Assembly (NCBI GenBank): GCA_938082635.1
Contig: CALLLI010000016.1
Coordinates: forward strand, 699 to 64,698
Length of the DNA stretch: 64,000 nucleotides
DNA from: an uncultured Verrucomicrobiales bacterium
Lineage (GTDB): Bacteria; Verrucomicrobiota; Verrucomicrobiia; Verrucomicrobiales; DEV007
Reading direction: 5' to 3'
The notes under the pieces are model-generated. The model made no database searches and was not told the origin of the DNA. It was given only the letters and a program-made list of their open reading frames with translations. The position numbers were made by a program, and so were the translations under genes. Numbering within the stretch: position 1 is the stretch's first letter; each line of letters starts with the position of its first letter. Positions 26,312 through 38,300 of this stretch are shown here, piece after piece.

Positions 26312-27631
26312 ATGAAACAATTGAAACGAATCTTCTTTGTCGTGGCCGCCTTGGCTACTTTGGTAGCTTTGATTTACGCCATCGAGAATTGGCGAGGCAC
26401 GCGTGACTATCAGAGCGTCATGGATCGCCTGCGAACCGAAGGTGAAGTGTTGGAATTTTCCCAGCTGATTCCGGTACGAGTTCCAGAAAAGGAGAATTTC
26501 GGATCTTCCCGTTTCCTGCAAGAGCTAAAGCAAGAAGGGGCACCAGGATCCTCCCAAGCCCTGGTGAAAGGGATCTACGATTCCTTCCGTGATGTCGAAG
26601 AGGCCGAAACCCCCGAAGAGTTCCTCTCCATTGCTCAGCGACTGGCCAATGAGAAAGGTATCAAGGCAGCCCCACTGGAGTTCTTAGTGACGACATTGGA
26701 ACCCTGGCAGCCCATTCGCCAAGAGCTCGCGGGAAGACTATCATTGCCTTATTCGCAATGGAATCGAACCTTCGAAAGTGGTCAACAGGCAGACGGCTAC
26801 TCCGTGTTTAACCTTGGCGTTTTCTTTCTGATGAAACTGACCGCGATTCAATCTCACGTGCATTTGCTAGAAGGCAATCATGCCGGCGCACTGGAAGACA
26901 TTCTGATTGGGCTGCGCCTGGGTGAAATGTATCAACAAGAACCGGGATGGATTTTCCATGTCATCTTTCTGGCAGACCTCGCTTTGATGGGTGACCCGAT
27001 CGAAAATGGCCTAAGATCTCAGGTCTGGGATCAGGGCCAGTTGGATCAGTTAGATCAGAACCTCAGGAAGATAGACTTCGCGAACATTCTCCAAACTGCC
27101 ATGCGTGGTGAGCGCGCCTTTATGCTCAGCTTCAAAGACGCGGCCACGAGATCGCTAGGTTTGGGACCAGAGATGGGCGACGATCAGCCACTATGGAGAC
27201 ACCTCGCACCGAGAGGATGGGCACTCCGCGGGTTCGGCACCCTATCAGAAACCTATCAACAATGCATTGTCGATCTGGAAACCGGAAACAAGGCTTTCGG
27301 CCATCAGATCGACACGTGGAACCGTCTGTGGAGTGGACTCGAGGACGCTCCAGCAACGGCATGGACGGCCGCAGATCACTCAATCAAACTGTCCGGTATC
27401 GGAAGAGCAGACTTGGATACCGCGCGCAAGCTTGCCGTTCACCGCGCGGTGATCCAGTTAGCCAAGTTCCAACTCGAGCAGGGTAACTATCCCGCGTCGC
27501 TGGAGGAGTTGCCCACCAGGCCACTCGATCCACTGGACAGTCAGTTGCTGGTTTATGAACGCGTGGGCGATGGCTTTCGAGTCGAAGCTCCCGACCCATA
27601 CGATGCCTACCGTTTCGAATTGGCAAAGTGA
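26312..27631 (+). CDS. Hypothetical N-terminally membrane-anchored helical protein, third gene of the ECF module
   Basis: N-terminal TM IFFVVAALATLVALIYAI. Starts 14 nt after the anti-sigma stop. No family recognised. Confidence 0.6.
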   Translation: MKQLKRIFFVVAALATLVALIYAIENWRGTRDYQSVMDRLRTEGEVLEFSQLIPVRVPEKENFGSSRFLQELKQEGAPGSSQALVKGIYDSFRDVEEAETPEEFLSIAQRLANEKGIKAAPLEFLVTTLEPWQPIRQELAGRLSLPYSQWNRTFESGQQADGYSVFNLGVFFLMKLTAIQSHVHLLEGNHAGALEDILIGLRLGEMYQQEPGWIFHVIFLADLALMGDPIENGLRSQVWDQGQLDQLDQNLRKIDFANILQTAMRGERAFMLSFKDAATRSLGLGPEMGDDQPLWRHLAPRGWALRGFGTLSETYQQCIVDLETGNKAFGHQIDTWNRLWSGLEDAPATAWTAADHSIKLSGIGRADLDTARKLAVHRAVIQLAKFQLEQGNYPASLEELPTRPLDPLDSQLLVYERVGDGFRVEAPDPYDAYRFELAK

Positions 27632-27667
27632 GTTGTCACCCATCGGACGGCGTACTAAGATGCGTCC

Positions 27668-27811
27668 ATGGGAACCTTGGATCGCCATTGGAAGAAGATT
27701 GTGGTCCTCGTTCTGTTCGTCTCGATAAGCGCTCTGATACGGCATCGAAAGAAGGAGGCCTCGGCCGCAGAGACGCTAACAGAGCCTTCGACACTTCTGA
27801 TTGCCGAATGA
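27668..27811 (+). CDS. Possible small membrane protein (47 aa, below the track cutoff)
   Basis: MGTLDRHWKKIVVLVLFVSISALIRHRKKEASAAETLTEPSTLLIAE has one clean TM flanked by basic residues. It lies 36 nt after the preceding gene. No clear RBS. Confidence 0.2.
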   Translation: MGTLDRHWKKIVVLVLFVSISALIRHRKKEASAAETLTEPSTLLIAE

Positions 27812-27947
27812 GCGCCTTCCGTTGAAAACGTGTTCTGAAAAGGGGTTGGTGGACTCACTAGCCGGGATCCGGATCGTCGGGAACGTCGCCGCTCCTAGGG
27901 CTGCATCTCTCTAGCAGGCATGAGAGCCCAATAGGTGCCTCCCAAAC

Positions 27948-28406
27948 TTGCTTTTTCCAGACGATGTGGGTGTCTCCCTGGTGGACGAGTATGGTGAAAA
28001 GATCCCTAGAGAGCGCGAAGAATCCTTATGCCCTTGTAAGAGTAATGTGAGCTACGCGAGGTGCTGCATGCGTTTTCACTATGGTCGTGAACGCGCCGAG
28101 ACGGCGGAGGAGCTCATGCGTTCACGTTACAGCGCGTACTTCTTTCGACGCGTCGAGTATCTAGTGGAAACCACGCATCCCGACACGAAGGATCGGGATC
28201 TTAAGAAACAACTCGAGGAAACCATCTACGACGTGAATTGGAGCGGTCTCGAGATCGTCGGTACTGCCAAAGGCCAGAAGGAGGACAAGATCGGCAAGGT
28301 CGAGTTCATCGCGACCTACTTCGTGGGCGACGAGCAGCATGAACTGCACGAGCTGAGTCGCTTCAAGCGGTTCAAGGGAAGGTGGAAGTACCTCGATGGG
28401 AAGTAA
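27948..28406 (+). CDS. ychJ: YchJ family protein (SEC-C motif, UPF0225)
   Basis: CPCKSNVSYARCC metal-binding SEC-C motif, then AEELMRSRYSAYFF. The start is uncertain (TTG 27948, or in-frame GTG at 27966 or 27981). Confidence 0.75.
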   Translation: MLFPDDVGVSLVDEYGEKIPREREESLCPCKSNVSYARCCMRFHYGRERAETAEELMRSRYSAYFFRRVEYLVETTHPDTKDRDLKKQLEETIYDVNWSGLEIVGTAKGQKEDKIGKVEFIATYFVGDEQHELHELSRFKRFKGRWKYLDGK

Positions 28407-28631
28407 CCGTTCTATTCAGCCCCCACTTTTTCGCGGAGCGTTAGCCTAAAGAACGCATAGTCTGACGCCTCGGCATTTGCCCGGAGGCAGATCGTCACCT
28501 CTTCCTGGTCCGGGTCCGAGATCGGTAGCCTCCACATTAGGTTCGACAGGAGATCAGCGCTTTTCTGCCGTTGAAATCGATGAAACACACTGAGCCTTGT
28601 CAGTTCACGAAATCCCGGCCTACATAGAGCC

Positions 28632-30068
28632 ATGATTCGTCGGCTCATCCTCGCCCTACTCCTTGCTGCCTCCACGCACGTTCACGCTCAAGAGCGGCCA
28701 GCCAATGTCATTCTTATTCTTGTCGATGACCTGGGGTGGATGGACCTGAGTTGCCAGGGCTCCGATTACTACAGAACTCCTAACATTGACCGACTTGCGA
28801 ATGAAGGCGTGCGTTTCACCAACGGTTATGCGGCCTGTGCCGTCTGTTCACCCACTCGCGCAGCGGTGCTGACAGGGCGGTATCCGCACCGCGTTGGCGT
28901 CACGGATTGGATTCGCTCTCGGTTTCAGCGGGGCGGCTTGGGCACCCCGGACAAGAACCCCACGGCCTATGTCGGAGGCAAAAAACGAAAACTACTCTGC
29001 CCTCCTAATCCCTACTGGATGGAGCACGAAGAACGGACCATCGCCGAGGCGCTCGGTGAGGCGAAGAATTATCGTTCCGCCTACATCGGCAAATGGCATT
29101 TGGGCGATCCCGATTGGTACCCGACGAAACAAGGCTTTACCGAGAATCGCGGAGGCTGCGATTATGGGCAACCACCATCCTATTTCGATCCTTACAATCA
29201 GCCCAAGGGCAGGCACGAGAGCGTTCGCGCGGGCATCCATAGGTTGCCTGGAAGAAAGCCTGGCGAGTTTCTCACCCATCGTGAAGCCGATGAAGCCCTC
29301 GCCTTGATTCGACAGTGGAAGGATGAACCTTTCTTCATTCAGCTATCCCACTACGCCGTGCACACGCCCATCCAGGCGATCGCCGAAGTAGCCGCAAAGT
29401 ACAAGAAAGAGGGAAAAACCCCCACTCAGGCAAAGTACGCCGCCTTGGTCGAGTCCGTCGATGATTCCACAGGTAAAATTCTTGATTTGTTAGACGAACT
29501 CGATCTCGACGAGCAAACCTTGATCATCTTCACCAGCGACAACGGGGGTTTGGATCGCGACGGGTCGCCTACAGACAATGCCCCATTGCGGAGCGGCAAA
29601 GGCTACGCTTATGAGGGGGGTATCCGGGTGCCGCTTCTCGTGCGCTGGCCAAAGATGATCCCTGCGAACCAAGTCTCGGAGGTGCCTGCGTGTTCGATCG
29701 ATCTGTTTCCCACGATCCTCGAAGCGACGGGAACCGCCCTGCCAACGGATCGAACTTTGGATGGCGTTTCACTCTGGAGCCACTTGAAAACCGCGAGCCC
29801 CGTGGATCGCGACTCCCTCGTCTGGCACTTTCCTCACTACCGGCATGATCCGGGCCCCTACTCTATTCTTCGCCAGGGAGATTGGAAATACCTCAAGTTC
29901 TGGGCTGGGCCGCAAGAGCTCTACAACCTCAAGAACGATCCAAGCGAGAGCAAGAACCTAGCAGCATCTCAAACGGAGAGAATGGCAAGCATGGACGCCC
30001 TGCTCCTCAAACAGCTGAAGACGCAAAAAGCCAAGTTGCCTCGACCAAACCCTGATCACTCGCTCTAG
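28632..30068 (+). CDS. Secreted arylsulfatase (formylglycine-dependent sulfatase family)
   Basis: Signal peptide MIRRLILALLLAASTHVHA. VDDLGWMD. FGly motif CSPTRAAVLTGRY. Also GKWHLG and SDNGG. Confidence 0.9.
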   Translation: MIRRLILALLLAASTHVHAQERPANVILILVDDLGWMDLSCQGSDYYRTPNIDRLANEGVRFTNGYAACAVCSPTRAAVLTGRYPHRVGVTDWIRSRFQRGGLGTPDKNPTAYVGGKKRKLLCPPNPYWMEHEERTIAEALGEAKNYRSAYIGKWHLGDPDWYPTKQGFTENRGGCDYGQPPSYFDPYNQPKGRHESVRAGIHRLPGRKPGEFLTHREADEALALIRQWKDEPFFIQLSHYAVHTPIQAIAEVAAKYKKEGKTPTQAKYAALVESVDDSTGKILDLLDELDLDEQTLIIFTSDNGGLDRDGSPTDNAPLRSGKGYAYEGGIRVPLLVRWPKMIPANQVSEVPACSIDLFPTILEATGTALPTDRTLDGVSLWSHLKTASPVDRDSLVWHFPHYRHDPGPYSILRQGDWKYLKFWAGPQELYNLKNDPSESKNLAASQTERMASMDALLLKQLKTQKAKLPRPNPDHSL

Positions 30069-30093
30069 AGCAACGTTCCTGCCTACACGATGG

Positions 30094-31902
30094 CTAGGAG
30101 AGGCTTTCGCACGCAACACGCACGCTCCAGCTGCTGTTCTCCAACGCCTCACGAGCGGCCTCTTCGTCAGCTCCAGTGATGTCGCCCACGATGCGAACCG
30201 CCCGTTTACGGAGCTTAGCATTGGAGGGATTGAGATCGATCATGTGGTTGCTGAGCACTTTGCCCGAATGCGTCATGGCGAGTGTGGTGATCATGTTCAG
30301 GATCAACTTTGTCGCCGTGCCTGCTTTCAGTCGCGTCGAGCCTGTGAGGATCTCGGGTCCAGTATTTGGCGCAATCACCTGGTCCGGCAGTGGGTGGTCT
30401 TTGTAGCCGGGATTGCAGCACAGCAGAACGGCGACCGCATCTCGATCTTTCGCTTCTTGTAAACAACCCCAGATGAAAGGCGCATAAGCGCTCGCTGAAA
30501 TGCCGACAACCACGTCTCGAGGCCTCACATGACGCATCGCCACCGCACGCGAGCCCGCCCCGTGATCATCTTCAGCTCCTTCAACGGCAGACCAGAGAGC
30601 CGATCGGCCTCCGGCAATGATACCCTGGACCTGGTCATAGGAGACGCTGAAAGTTGGCGGACATTCACTGGCATCTAGCACACCTAATCGCCCACTGGTT
30701 CCCGCACCCGTATAGATGAGGCGACCACCTTCAGAAAAGGCCCTTACCACTCGTTGAATCGTCCAAGCGATGGCTTCGGATTCCTCCGAAATGGCAACCG
30801 TCAGAGTCGCATCAGCTGCCAGCATGAGAGCCATGCCCTCTTTGATCGACAGATCCGAAAGCTCTGTAGAGCCCGGGTGTCGTTGCTCCGTTGGCGCAGA
30901 ACTCACCGGTCGCCAGGCCTCAGCTGCGATCACTGTTGTATTGTAAGGGGAGGACTCGGTCTCTTCCGATTCCGCCATGGCGTTCGCTTTTCTAGCCAAA
31001 GCAATCGCCCCCCAAACGCTTGGCCTTACGAGAGGGGTGACTATACCGTTAGGGCAAAGAAGCCGAAGCTGCGCAGCCACTTGGTTCTGAAAAGCAGGAT
31101 TCTTTAGAAGGACCGCCCCATTGAAAACAAACTGAGCCGCTTCATTGGCCTTCAAAAGACGATTCGCACCAGCTTTCGCATCGTCACAGAGACGAGCGGC
31201 TGCTCGTGAGAGCACTTCATTGGCGATGAGATCCTGACGGAAAGCCGCCGCATGAAAGACCGGCACCGCAACACTGGCCAACTCATTCTTAGGGGCCACG
31301 AGCGACCAATCGATGAGATCTTCAGGCTCGTTCATCTGCAGGTAAGTCAGAATGTCGGCACCCAACGAAGGCCAAGCATTCTCCAGATCGTATCTTGCCA
31401 TGACCGATCGTAAGGCGTCCTGCGCAATGTCACAGCCACTCGCGCGATCTCCCAGAATATGGCCACGTCCACCGAGCTTCGTGGTTTCACCGTCCCGTCG
31501 TCGCCCCGCCACGCACGAACCCGTGCCGCTGAGAACGAGCACTTGAACCGCACAGGACTCTTCCCAATCCGCCGCTTCTAGCGCTGTCATCAAATCGTCT
31601 GAAGTCGCACAGAGAACACCCGGCCAAACCGTGGCCACCGCATGGCGAAGACCCTGGTGATCTGAAGTCAGGCGAACCCCGGCAAGTCCAATGCCAATTC
31701 GCGTCGGCTGCACCGGAAGCTGTTGGCGAATCTCCTGGAGATGCATCGCAAGTTCCCCAACTTCCATCAATCGAAGATTCGCAGGACCGGCATGAAACGA
31801 TGCTAGGACTGAATCCTCTTCATCGACAAGCAAGACCGTCGTCCGTGTGCCACCACCTTCCATTCCAAGCGTGATCTCCGTTCCTGTCTGGTGAGTCTGC
31901 AT
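30094..31902 (-). CDS. murQ: Fusion protein: BadF/BadG/BcrA/BcrD-type sugar kinase (NagK/MurK-like) plus N-acetylmuramic acid 6-phosphate etherase
   Basis: The N-terminal half has LGMEGGGTRT, LSGTGS and GGRGHILGDRASG (ASKHA sugar-kinase motifs). The C-terminal half has the MurQ SIS signature YTGAGTSGRLGVLDASECPPTF, TGSTRLKAGTATKLILNMITT and IDLNPSNAKLRKRA. Confidence 0.85.
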   Translation of the reverse strand: MQTHQTGTEITLGMEGGGTRTTVLLVDEEDSVLASFHAGPANLRLMEVGELAMHLQEIRQQLPVQPTRIGIGLAGVRLTSDHQGLRHAVATVWPGVLCATSDDLMTALEAADWEESCAVQVLVLSGTGSCVAGRRRDGETTKLGGRGHILGDRASGCDIAQDALRSVMARYDLENAWPSLGADILTYLQMNEPEDLIDWSLVAPKNELASVAVPVFHAAAFRQDLIANEVLSRAAARLCDDAKAGANRLLKANEAAQFVFNGAVLLKNPAFQNQVAAQLRLLCPNGIVTPLVRPSVWGAIALARKANAMAESEETESSPYNTTVIAAEAWRPVSSAPTEQRHPGSTELSDLSIKEGMALMLAADATLTVAISEESEAIAWTIQRVVRAFSEGGRLIYTGAGTSGRLGVLDASECPPTFSVSYDQVQGIIAGGRSALWSAVEGAEDDHGAGSRAVAMRHVRPRDVVVGISASAYAPFIWGCLQEAKDRDAVAVLLCCNPGYKDHPLPDQVIAPNTGPEILTGSTRLKAGTATKLILNMITTLAMTHSGKVLSNHMIDLNPSNAKLRKRAVRIVGDITGADEEAAREALENSSWSVRVACESLS

Positions 31903-32044
31903 CTCAGGCCCATCATGATCGGCGCTTTCAGGTCAGGCAAGCGCATTGGCGTCCGACTAGGCACCATTACTAACAAAGACCCATAATTCAATCGCTCAGG
32001 CTAGGGCTTGCTCCTTAATAAAGTCATCGCTAACATACATTCGT

Positions 32045-35000
32045 ATGAGTATCATAAAGCTTCTTTATCTTAGGTCCCTTGCCATTGGACTGCTCGGCAT
32101 CGTCTTCATCGCTCCTATGCAAGCGGAGTTGATCGGTCTCTGGCGCTTTGAGGGCGACGCCACGGACGCTTCCGTTCATGGGAATGATGGCTCTCTTGAA
32201 GACGGCGCCACGTTCAGCGATGACACCCCGGAGGCCCTTCCTGGACAAGCGCTGTCGCTCATTGATGGCGCTTACGTCAAAGTCCCCCACGCGGAGATCC
32301 TGAATGTGTCTAACGCCCTGACGATCAGCGCCTTTGTGAAGCCTGGGAACAATGCCTGGGAAGGCATCATCGGCAAGAACCCCAGCGAAGGCTCGGCTGA
32401 CAACCATGCGGGCAACTATGAACTGCGCATCGAAAACGGCTCACGGCAGTTGGTCTTTCTTTACCAACAAGGGGGCGACAACGACACCTCAACCCAACCA
32501 GGCGTCGATGCGGTGATCGAATCTGACGTGTGGAGCCACATCGCTGTGACCGCGGACCTTGAGTCGGGAGACATCCTCTTCTACGTCAATGGCGAGTTGG
32601 CATCGACGGTGGAAGGCGTCCTCGCCCTTGATGAATTCCCGATCAATGATAGCCCGCTCTACATCGGTTCCCGCGCCGATCTGTTTACCGGTTTCGACGG
32701 ACTCATTGATGAGCTCTCTCTTTGGAATGAAGCTCTAGACGCGGATCAAATTGAACTCTTGGCCAACGGGCCCGCGACATTGGAATCGGCACCGGATGCA
32801 GATGGGGACGGCTTACCCGATTTCTTTGAGAACCGCGTGGCTTTCCTAAATCCTGACAATGCCGCCGATGGTGCCGCCGACCAGGACAAGGATGGCATCA
32901 GCAATGCCGAAGAGTATGCCATCGGGACGGATTTGGAAAACGACGACACCGACCAAGACGGGATCAAAGACGGCGCCGAGTCAAACACAGGGATCTTTGT
33001 CAGCGGAAGCGACACGGGCACCGATCCACGTCGGGCCGATACAGACGGCGATGGCTTTGTCGACGGCTTGGAATCAAATTCTCAGACCTTTGTCAGTGCA
33101 GACGACCCAGGCACGAATCCTCTCTTGGCAGACACTGACAGTGACACCTTCGGTGATTTCGTGGAAGCCACGTTGGGTAGCAATCCGCTCGACGCCGCGA
33201 GCCAGCCGGTGGGCATTGTCTTGGCAGAATCGGGGGAAGCCTGGGATGAACCGAGTGCTTGGACCGATGGAAATGTCCCCACCGCAGGCAAGAACTACCT
33301 CGTCGTCGAAAGTGTGGCACCTGAAATACAAAGCCCCGGTGGACGTGATCCGATCTTTGCTGGGGATCGCTTAGATCTAATTGGCAAGACCGTGCTCAGC
33401 CTGCGGCATTCTGGGGTCGCGAGTGTGCCGGCTCTGGGCATTGATGGCGGCACTCTGGCGAAGGATGCCAATGGCAACATCAGCCTCGGTTTGAGCGGAC
33501 AGACTCTCTCCTTCACCCAGGACAGCGTGATCCAATTCAACGCCCCAGGTCAGCTCACGCTTGGAAGCACACTCGTGGGTACCAGTGGCATCACCATCCG
33601 GTCCGCAGAGACCGTGGCCGCTTCCCTCACGGTGGTTCAGCTTGAGGCGGCCAATGAAGCCTTTGGCGGTGCTTGGCGCGTTGAAGAAGCGGTGCTCCGA
33701 GGCAGCGCCCGAGCCGGTCTCGGAAGTGGCGACATCTTCCTCGTGAATGGCACCCTGGACCTCGATTTCAACCTTAACCACATCGATGGGCGACTAGACA
33801 TCTCTGGAGAAGAGAGCCGAGTGGCGCTCAATGGCACCCTCGCATTTGGCGAACTCACCATCAACGACGGCGCGCTCGCCGTCCCCGAAGGCGTTTATGA
33901 CTTTGATGGCCTGGGCACTCTCTTTGATGGCGGCTTGCTGCCCATCTTTATCAATGGCGGTGGTCTGTTAGTCGTTGGAGGCGACGCGGATCGTGATGGC
34001 TTGGCTGATGTCTGGGAACAGTTCCACTTTGGCAACCTAGACGAAACAGGGGAGTCGGACGCGGACGACGATGGCCTTAGCTTGGTGCGCGAGTTCCTTG
34101 CCGGCACCGATCCGAGCAACGCCGACACCGACGGCGACGGCGTGAGTGATTCGGAGGAGATCGAGGGACGCGGCAGCGATCCAAAGCTGGCCGACACCGA
34201 TGGCGATGGGCTATCAGACTTGGTCGAAACCGGCACGGGAGTGTTCGTGAGCGCACAAGACACGGGCACCGATCCTAGTAAATCGGACACCGACGGCGAT
34301 GGATTGTCGGACATGGTGGAGGACAACTCGGGCACCTTTGTGTCCGCTGACCAGACCGGAACCGACCCCAACGCGCGTGACACCGATGGCGATGGAGCGC
34401 CCGATGGGCAGGAAGTCGCGACCGGCACAAACCCTCATGACTCTGGCGATGCCTCCACGATACCGGCGGGCACGGTCGGGCTGTGGACGTTTGACCAGGA
34501 CGTTTCTGAACAACCTGACATCTCGGGCAGGGGCAACCACGCCAAGACAATGGGTGCGACCTGGGTGGAGGATCCTGAGCGCGGCGGTGTGATGGAGTTT
34601 CAGGGAGAGGCCTTTCTCGAAGCCGCGGATTCTGACAGCTTGTCGATTGTGGGAGACATGACCGTAGCCACCTGGATCAACGTGGAGAACTACGATAGCT
34701 GGCGTGGTATTGTGGCCAAGAGCTCTAACAATATTCCAGCACCTTACGACGTCTACCTCATACAAAACGGCGATGGCCGCGTGCGGTTCTACTCAGGAAA
34801 CGGCGAGGGCGCTCTGGCCGATTTCATCTCCGAGAAGGCTCCCGAAACGGGTGTTTGGCAACACATCGCCATCACGTTTGAAGAGGGAACCGTTCGCCAC
34901 TATCTCAATGGCGAACTGAACGGCGAGAGCGAGATCACAACAGAGGTTGGCGACGCCGATGGGACACTCCGGATTGGTAATCGCGCAGACTTGGTCACCC

Positions 35001-35341
35001 AATTCCTTGGCCGCATGGACGATGTGATTCTTCTTAACCGGGCAGCACCCGCTGAGGAGATTGCCCAGTTTATGCTGGGCTTCGGCACGCCAACCACCCC
35101 ACCAGACGACGGCAAACCAAGCACGTTCGAGATCTTCGACGTCGCGGTCGGTCAAGGCGGCAATATTCGGGTCAACTTCGTTTCCGAACCTGACAAGACC
35201 TACATCACAGAGTTCTCGACTGACCTTATCAACTGGACTACCACCATAGAAGGTGTCGCAGCCGAGGGCACCGAGACCATTATTCGGCAAACACGGCCCG
35301 AGGCTGCTTCGGGCTACCTACGCATCCGATCAATCGACTAA
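32045..35341 (+). CDS. Giant secreted protein: LamG, TSP3 calcium-binding repeats, beta-helix-like core, TSP3 repeats, LamG, shared C-terminal module
   Basis: Signal peptide. LamG blocks ([11 protein letters not shown]...WSHIAVTAD...FYVNGEL...[15 protein letters not shown] and VATWINVEN...WQHIAITFE...HYLNGEL...[12 protein letters not shown]). Eleven D-x-D-x-D-G-x-x-D motifs. The tail ends in [10 protein letters not shown]. Confidence 0.85.
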   Translation: MSIIKLLYLRSLAIGLLGIVFIAPMQAELIGLWRFEGDATDASVHGNDGSLEDGATFSDDTPEALPGQALSLIDGAYVKVPHAEILNVSNALTISAFVKPGNNAWEGIIGKNPSEGSADNHAGNYELRIENGSRQLVFLYQQGGDNDTSTQPGVDAVIESDVWSHIAVTADLESGDILFYVNGELASTVEGVLALDEFPINDSPLYIGSRADLFTGFDGLIDELSLWNEALDADQIELLANGPATLESAPDADGDGLPDFFENRVAFLNPDNAADGAADQDKDGISNAEEYAIGTDLENDDTDQDGIKDGAESNTGIFVSGSDTGTDPRRADTDGDGFVDGLESNSQTFVSADDPGTNPLLADTDSDTFGDFVEATLGSNPLDAASQPVGIVLAESGEAWDEPSAWTDGNVPTAGKNYLVVESVAPEIQSPGGRDPIFAGDRLDLIGKTVLSLRHSGVASVPALGIDGGTLAKDANGNISLGLSGQTLSFTQDSVIQFNAPGQLTLGSTLVGTSGITIRSAETVAASLTVVQLEAANEAFGGAWRVEEAVLRGSARAGLGSGDIFLVNGTLDLDFNLNHIDGRLDISGEESRVALNGTLAFGELTINDGALAVPEGVYDFDGLGTLFDGGLLPIFINGGGLLVVGGDADRDGLADVWEQFHFGNLDETGESDADDDGLSLVREFLAGTDPSNADTDGDGVSDSEEIEGRGSDPKLADTDGDGLSDLVETGTGVFVSAQDTGTDPSKSDTDGDGLSDMVEDNSGTFVSADQTGTDPNARDTDGDGAPDGQEVATGTNPHDSGDASTIPAGTVGLWTFDQDVSEQPDISGRGNHAKTMGATWVEDPERGGVMEFQGEAFLEAADSDSLSIVGDMTVATWINVENYDSWRGIVAKSSNNIPAPYDVYLIQNGDGRVRFYSGNGEGALADFISEKAPETGVWQHIAITFEEGTVRHYLNGELNGESEITTEVGDADGTLRIGNRADLVTQFLGRMDDVILLNRAAPAEEIAQFMLGFGTPTTPPDDGKPSTFEIFDVAVGQGGNIRVNFVSEPDKTYITEFSTDLINWTTTIEGVAAEGTETIIRQTRPEAASGYLRIRSID
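32795..33210 (+). repeat. Thrombospondin type-3-like calcium-binding repeat array 1 (coding)
   Basis: [60 protein letters not shown]. Confidence 0.7.
33981..34450 (+). repeat. Thrombospondin type-3-like calcium-binding repeat array 2 (coding)
   Basis: [72 protein letters not shown]. Confidence 0.7.
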
Positions 35342-35342
35342 C

Positions 35343-38300
35343 GTGAGCTTATTAAAAAGATTCTTCGCCATTCTTGCGATCTGTCCGTTTGGCGCCGCAC
35401 TGGCCGATTCGGACAGTGTCGTGGTCTTCAACGAAATTCACTATCATCCAGCTCAGACGGAAGAGAGCGAATGGATCGAGTTGCACAACCAAATGTCGGT
35501 CGACATCGACCTGTCACGTTGGACTTTGACCGGAGGCGTGGAGTTTGCCTTTCCAGAGGGCACCATCATCCCAGGACACGGGTATTTGCTAGTCGCCAGT
35601 AGCCCTGATCAAGTCACGGATGCGCTTGGACCTTTTGTCGGCAAGCTCGACAACAACGGCGAACGCCTTCGTCTGCTCAGCGCCAGTGGCCGTCTCATGA
35701 ATGAGGTGCGCTACAAGGATGGCGGAAATTGGCCCATCGCGCCCGATGGCACTGGCGTGACGCTGGCAAAACGCCTTCCCGATGAAACGCCAACAGATAG
35801 TGGTGCCTGGACGTGGAGCCTTGAATTTGGCGGCACGCCCGGAGAGCGCAACTTTCCTGACATTCTTCTTCCGGAACCCCTGGTTCAGATCAACGAACTG
35901 GCCGCGCTCAGCGAGGCCGAGTTCTGGGTGGAACTTCACGCCCGCAGCACGGCGGAGGTGCCGCTTGAAGGACTTGAACTCCTTCACGTCACCAGTGGTA
36001 CGCGGGTTCCACTTGGGATTCCAACGCTCACGGCGGGTGGGTTTCTACGTGTAGCGGGCTTTCCCGAAGGCGTCGCGAGTGGCGATGCGATCGCTCTCGT
36101 CGGCGGCGATACGGTGTCCGACGCCGTCCGCGTAAAGGAGCGCGGGCGCGGACGCTTTCCAGATGGAGGCGAGGAATGGCGATTCGTTTCAGAGGCAACC
36201 GGAGGCCTTTCGAACAAGAGCGAGTTACACACAGACATCGTCTTCAACGAGATCTTCTACCATCCCCGACCTCAGTATGCAGATGGCGCCACTCCTTACG
36301 CAGAGATCGACGATGAATGGATCGAACTCTATCATCGTGGCGACCTCGGCATCGATCTCACCGGCTGGGAACTCGATGGAGATATCGAGCACGTGTTCCC
36401 TGAGGGGACGATGTTAGAGCCTGGTGGCTTTCTCGTGGTCCGAAACGACGACATTGGCTTCTCAGGAAACCTCCCGAACGGCTCCGGACACCTTGTTTTG
36501 AAAGACGCTGCTGGAAATTTCGCCGATGAAGTTCACTATCACGACAACGGTGATTGGCCGACCGAAGCCGATGCCGGCGGCTCTAGCCTCGAATTGCGCG
36601 ACCCCGATGCTGACAACGCACAAGCCATCGCCTGGGCCGCGAGTGACGAGCTGTCGCAAACGGCTTGGCAGGAAATTAGCTATCGTGGTGTCGCTGAGCG
36701 TAGCGCCGTGGGTCCCGACAACCAATGGTCGGAACTTGACATTGCTCTGTTAGGGCGAGGCGAGGTCCTCATCGACGACATCCAGGTGGTCGAAGATCCC
36801 GATGGATTGAGCGCCCCGTTGATCAACAACAGTACCTTCCAACCGAGCATCTTTGGTGGCACAGCGCTCAGAAATTGGCGTTTGCGCGGAAATCATCGTC
36901 ACAGCGAGATCGCCACTGATCCCGAAGATCCTTCCAACAATGTGCTTCGCCTCGTTGCCACGGGGCCTGCTGGGCACATGCACAATCACGTTGAAACATC
37001 GTTTGCCAGCGGAGCGCGTATTTCGAACGGCAAAACCTACGAAATCCGCTTTCGTGCTCGAGCCCTGAGTGGGTCACCTCAATTGCATACACGCCTGTAT
37101 TTCAACCGCTTAGCTAAGAAGCACATTCTCACCACACCAGCAGGTGGAGGCACACCCGGGCAGCCAAACTCCCGACTCGTGAGCAATCTCGGGCCCACTC
37201 TCAACGGCCTCGCTCATCACCCCGCCGTGCCGCGCCCAGAGGATGCCACCAGGATTGAAGTTACGGCAGCAGATCCAGACGGAATTGGAGAGGTCACCCT
37301 ACACTGGTCGACTGATGGCAACGACTTTCAGGAGAGCTCGATGACTCTTGAAGACGGTCGCTACACTGTGAGTCTTCCTCCCCAGGACGCTAGCGCCGTC
37401 GTTCAGTTCTATGTCAAAGCGACGGACATTGAAGGCGCCGTTTCTCAGTATCCTCCAGGAGGAGCGGATTCCCGGGCATTGTTTGGTGTGTTAGACGAGG
37501 ATCAGTTAGGCAACGAACGCCTCCACCACTTGCGCATCATCATGCATCCCGACGATGTCGAGTGGTTGCATGAACCCATCAATCTCATGAGCAATGACCG
37601 CGTGCCCGCGACGGTCATTTATCGAGAGCAGGAGATCTTCTACAATGTCGGCGTCCGCCTCAAAGGCAGCGAGCGCGGCCGCGTCACCATTCCCCGACTC
37701 GGATACAACGTAAAGTTTCCCAAACAGCAACGTTTCCGTGGCGTCCATGAAACCGTGGCGATTGATCGATCAGAAGGCACTAGGTTTGGTCAGTTTGAAA
37801 TGCTCTTCAATCAGATGATGACACATTCAGGGGGCATCCCGGCGGAGTTCAATGACCTCATTCAGGTCGTGGCGCCTCGCTCTTCATACACCGGGCCTGC
37901 CGAACTCCAGCTCGCTCGCTATGGCGGTCTCTTTCTCGAATCGCAGTTTGAGGACGGCGATGAGGGCAACCTTTACGAGTACGAACTCATCTATTACCCC
38001 ACCACCGACGACGCCGATGGCTACAAACGTCCCAGCCCAGACAGTGTCGTAGGTACCGCAATCCGCGACTTGGGTGACGAACCGGAGAGCTATCGGTGGA
38101 ACTACGAGCTCAAGAACAACCGACGCCGTGACGCCTACGCGCCCATCATGGCTTACACGGAACTGTTCTCACTCTCAAACGACGCCTTTCTGGAAGCGCT
38201 GCCGGATCTCGTGGATGTGGATCGCTGGCTAAAAGGCATGGCGCTCGCTATCCTATCAGGGGCTGGCGATCAGTACGGTGCCAACAGCCAGCACAACGGC

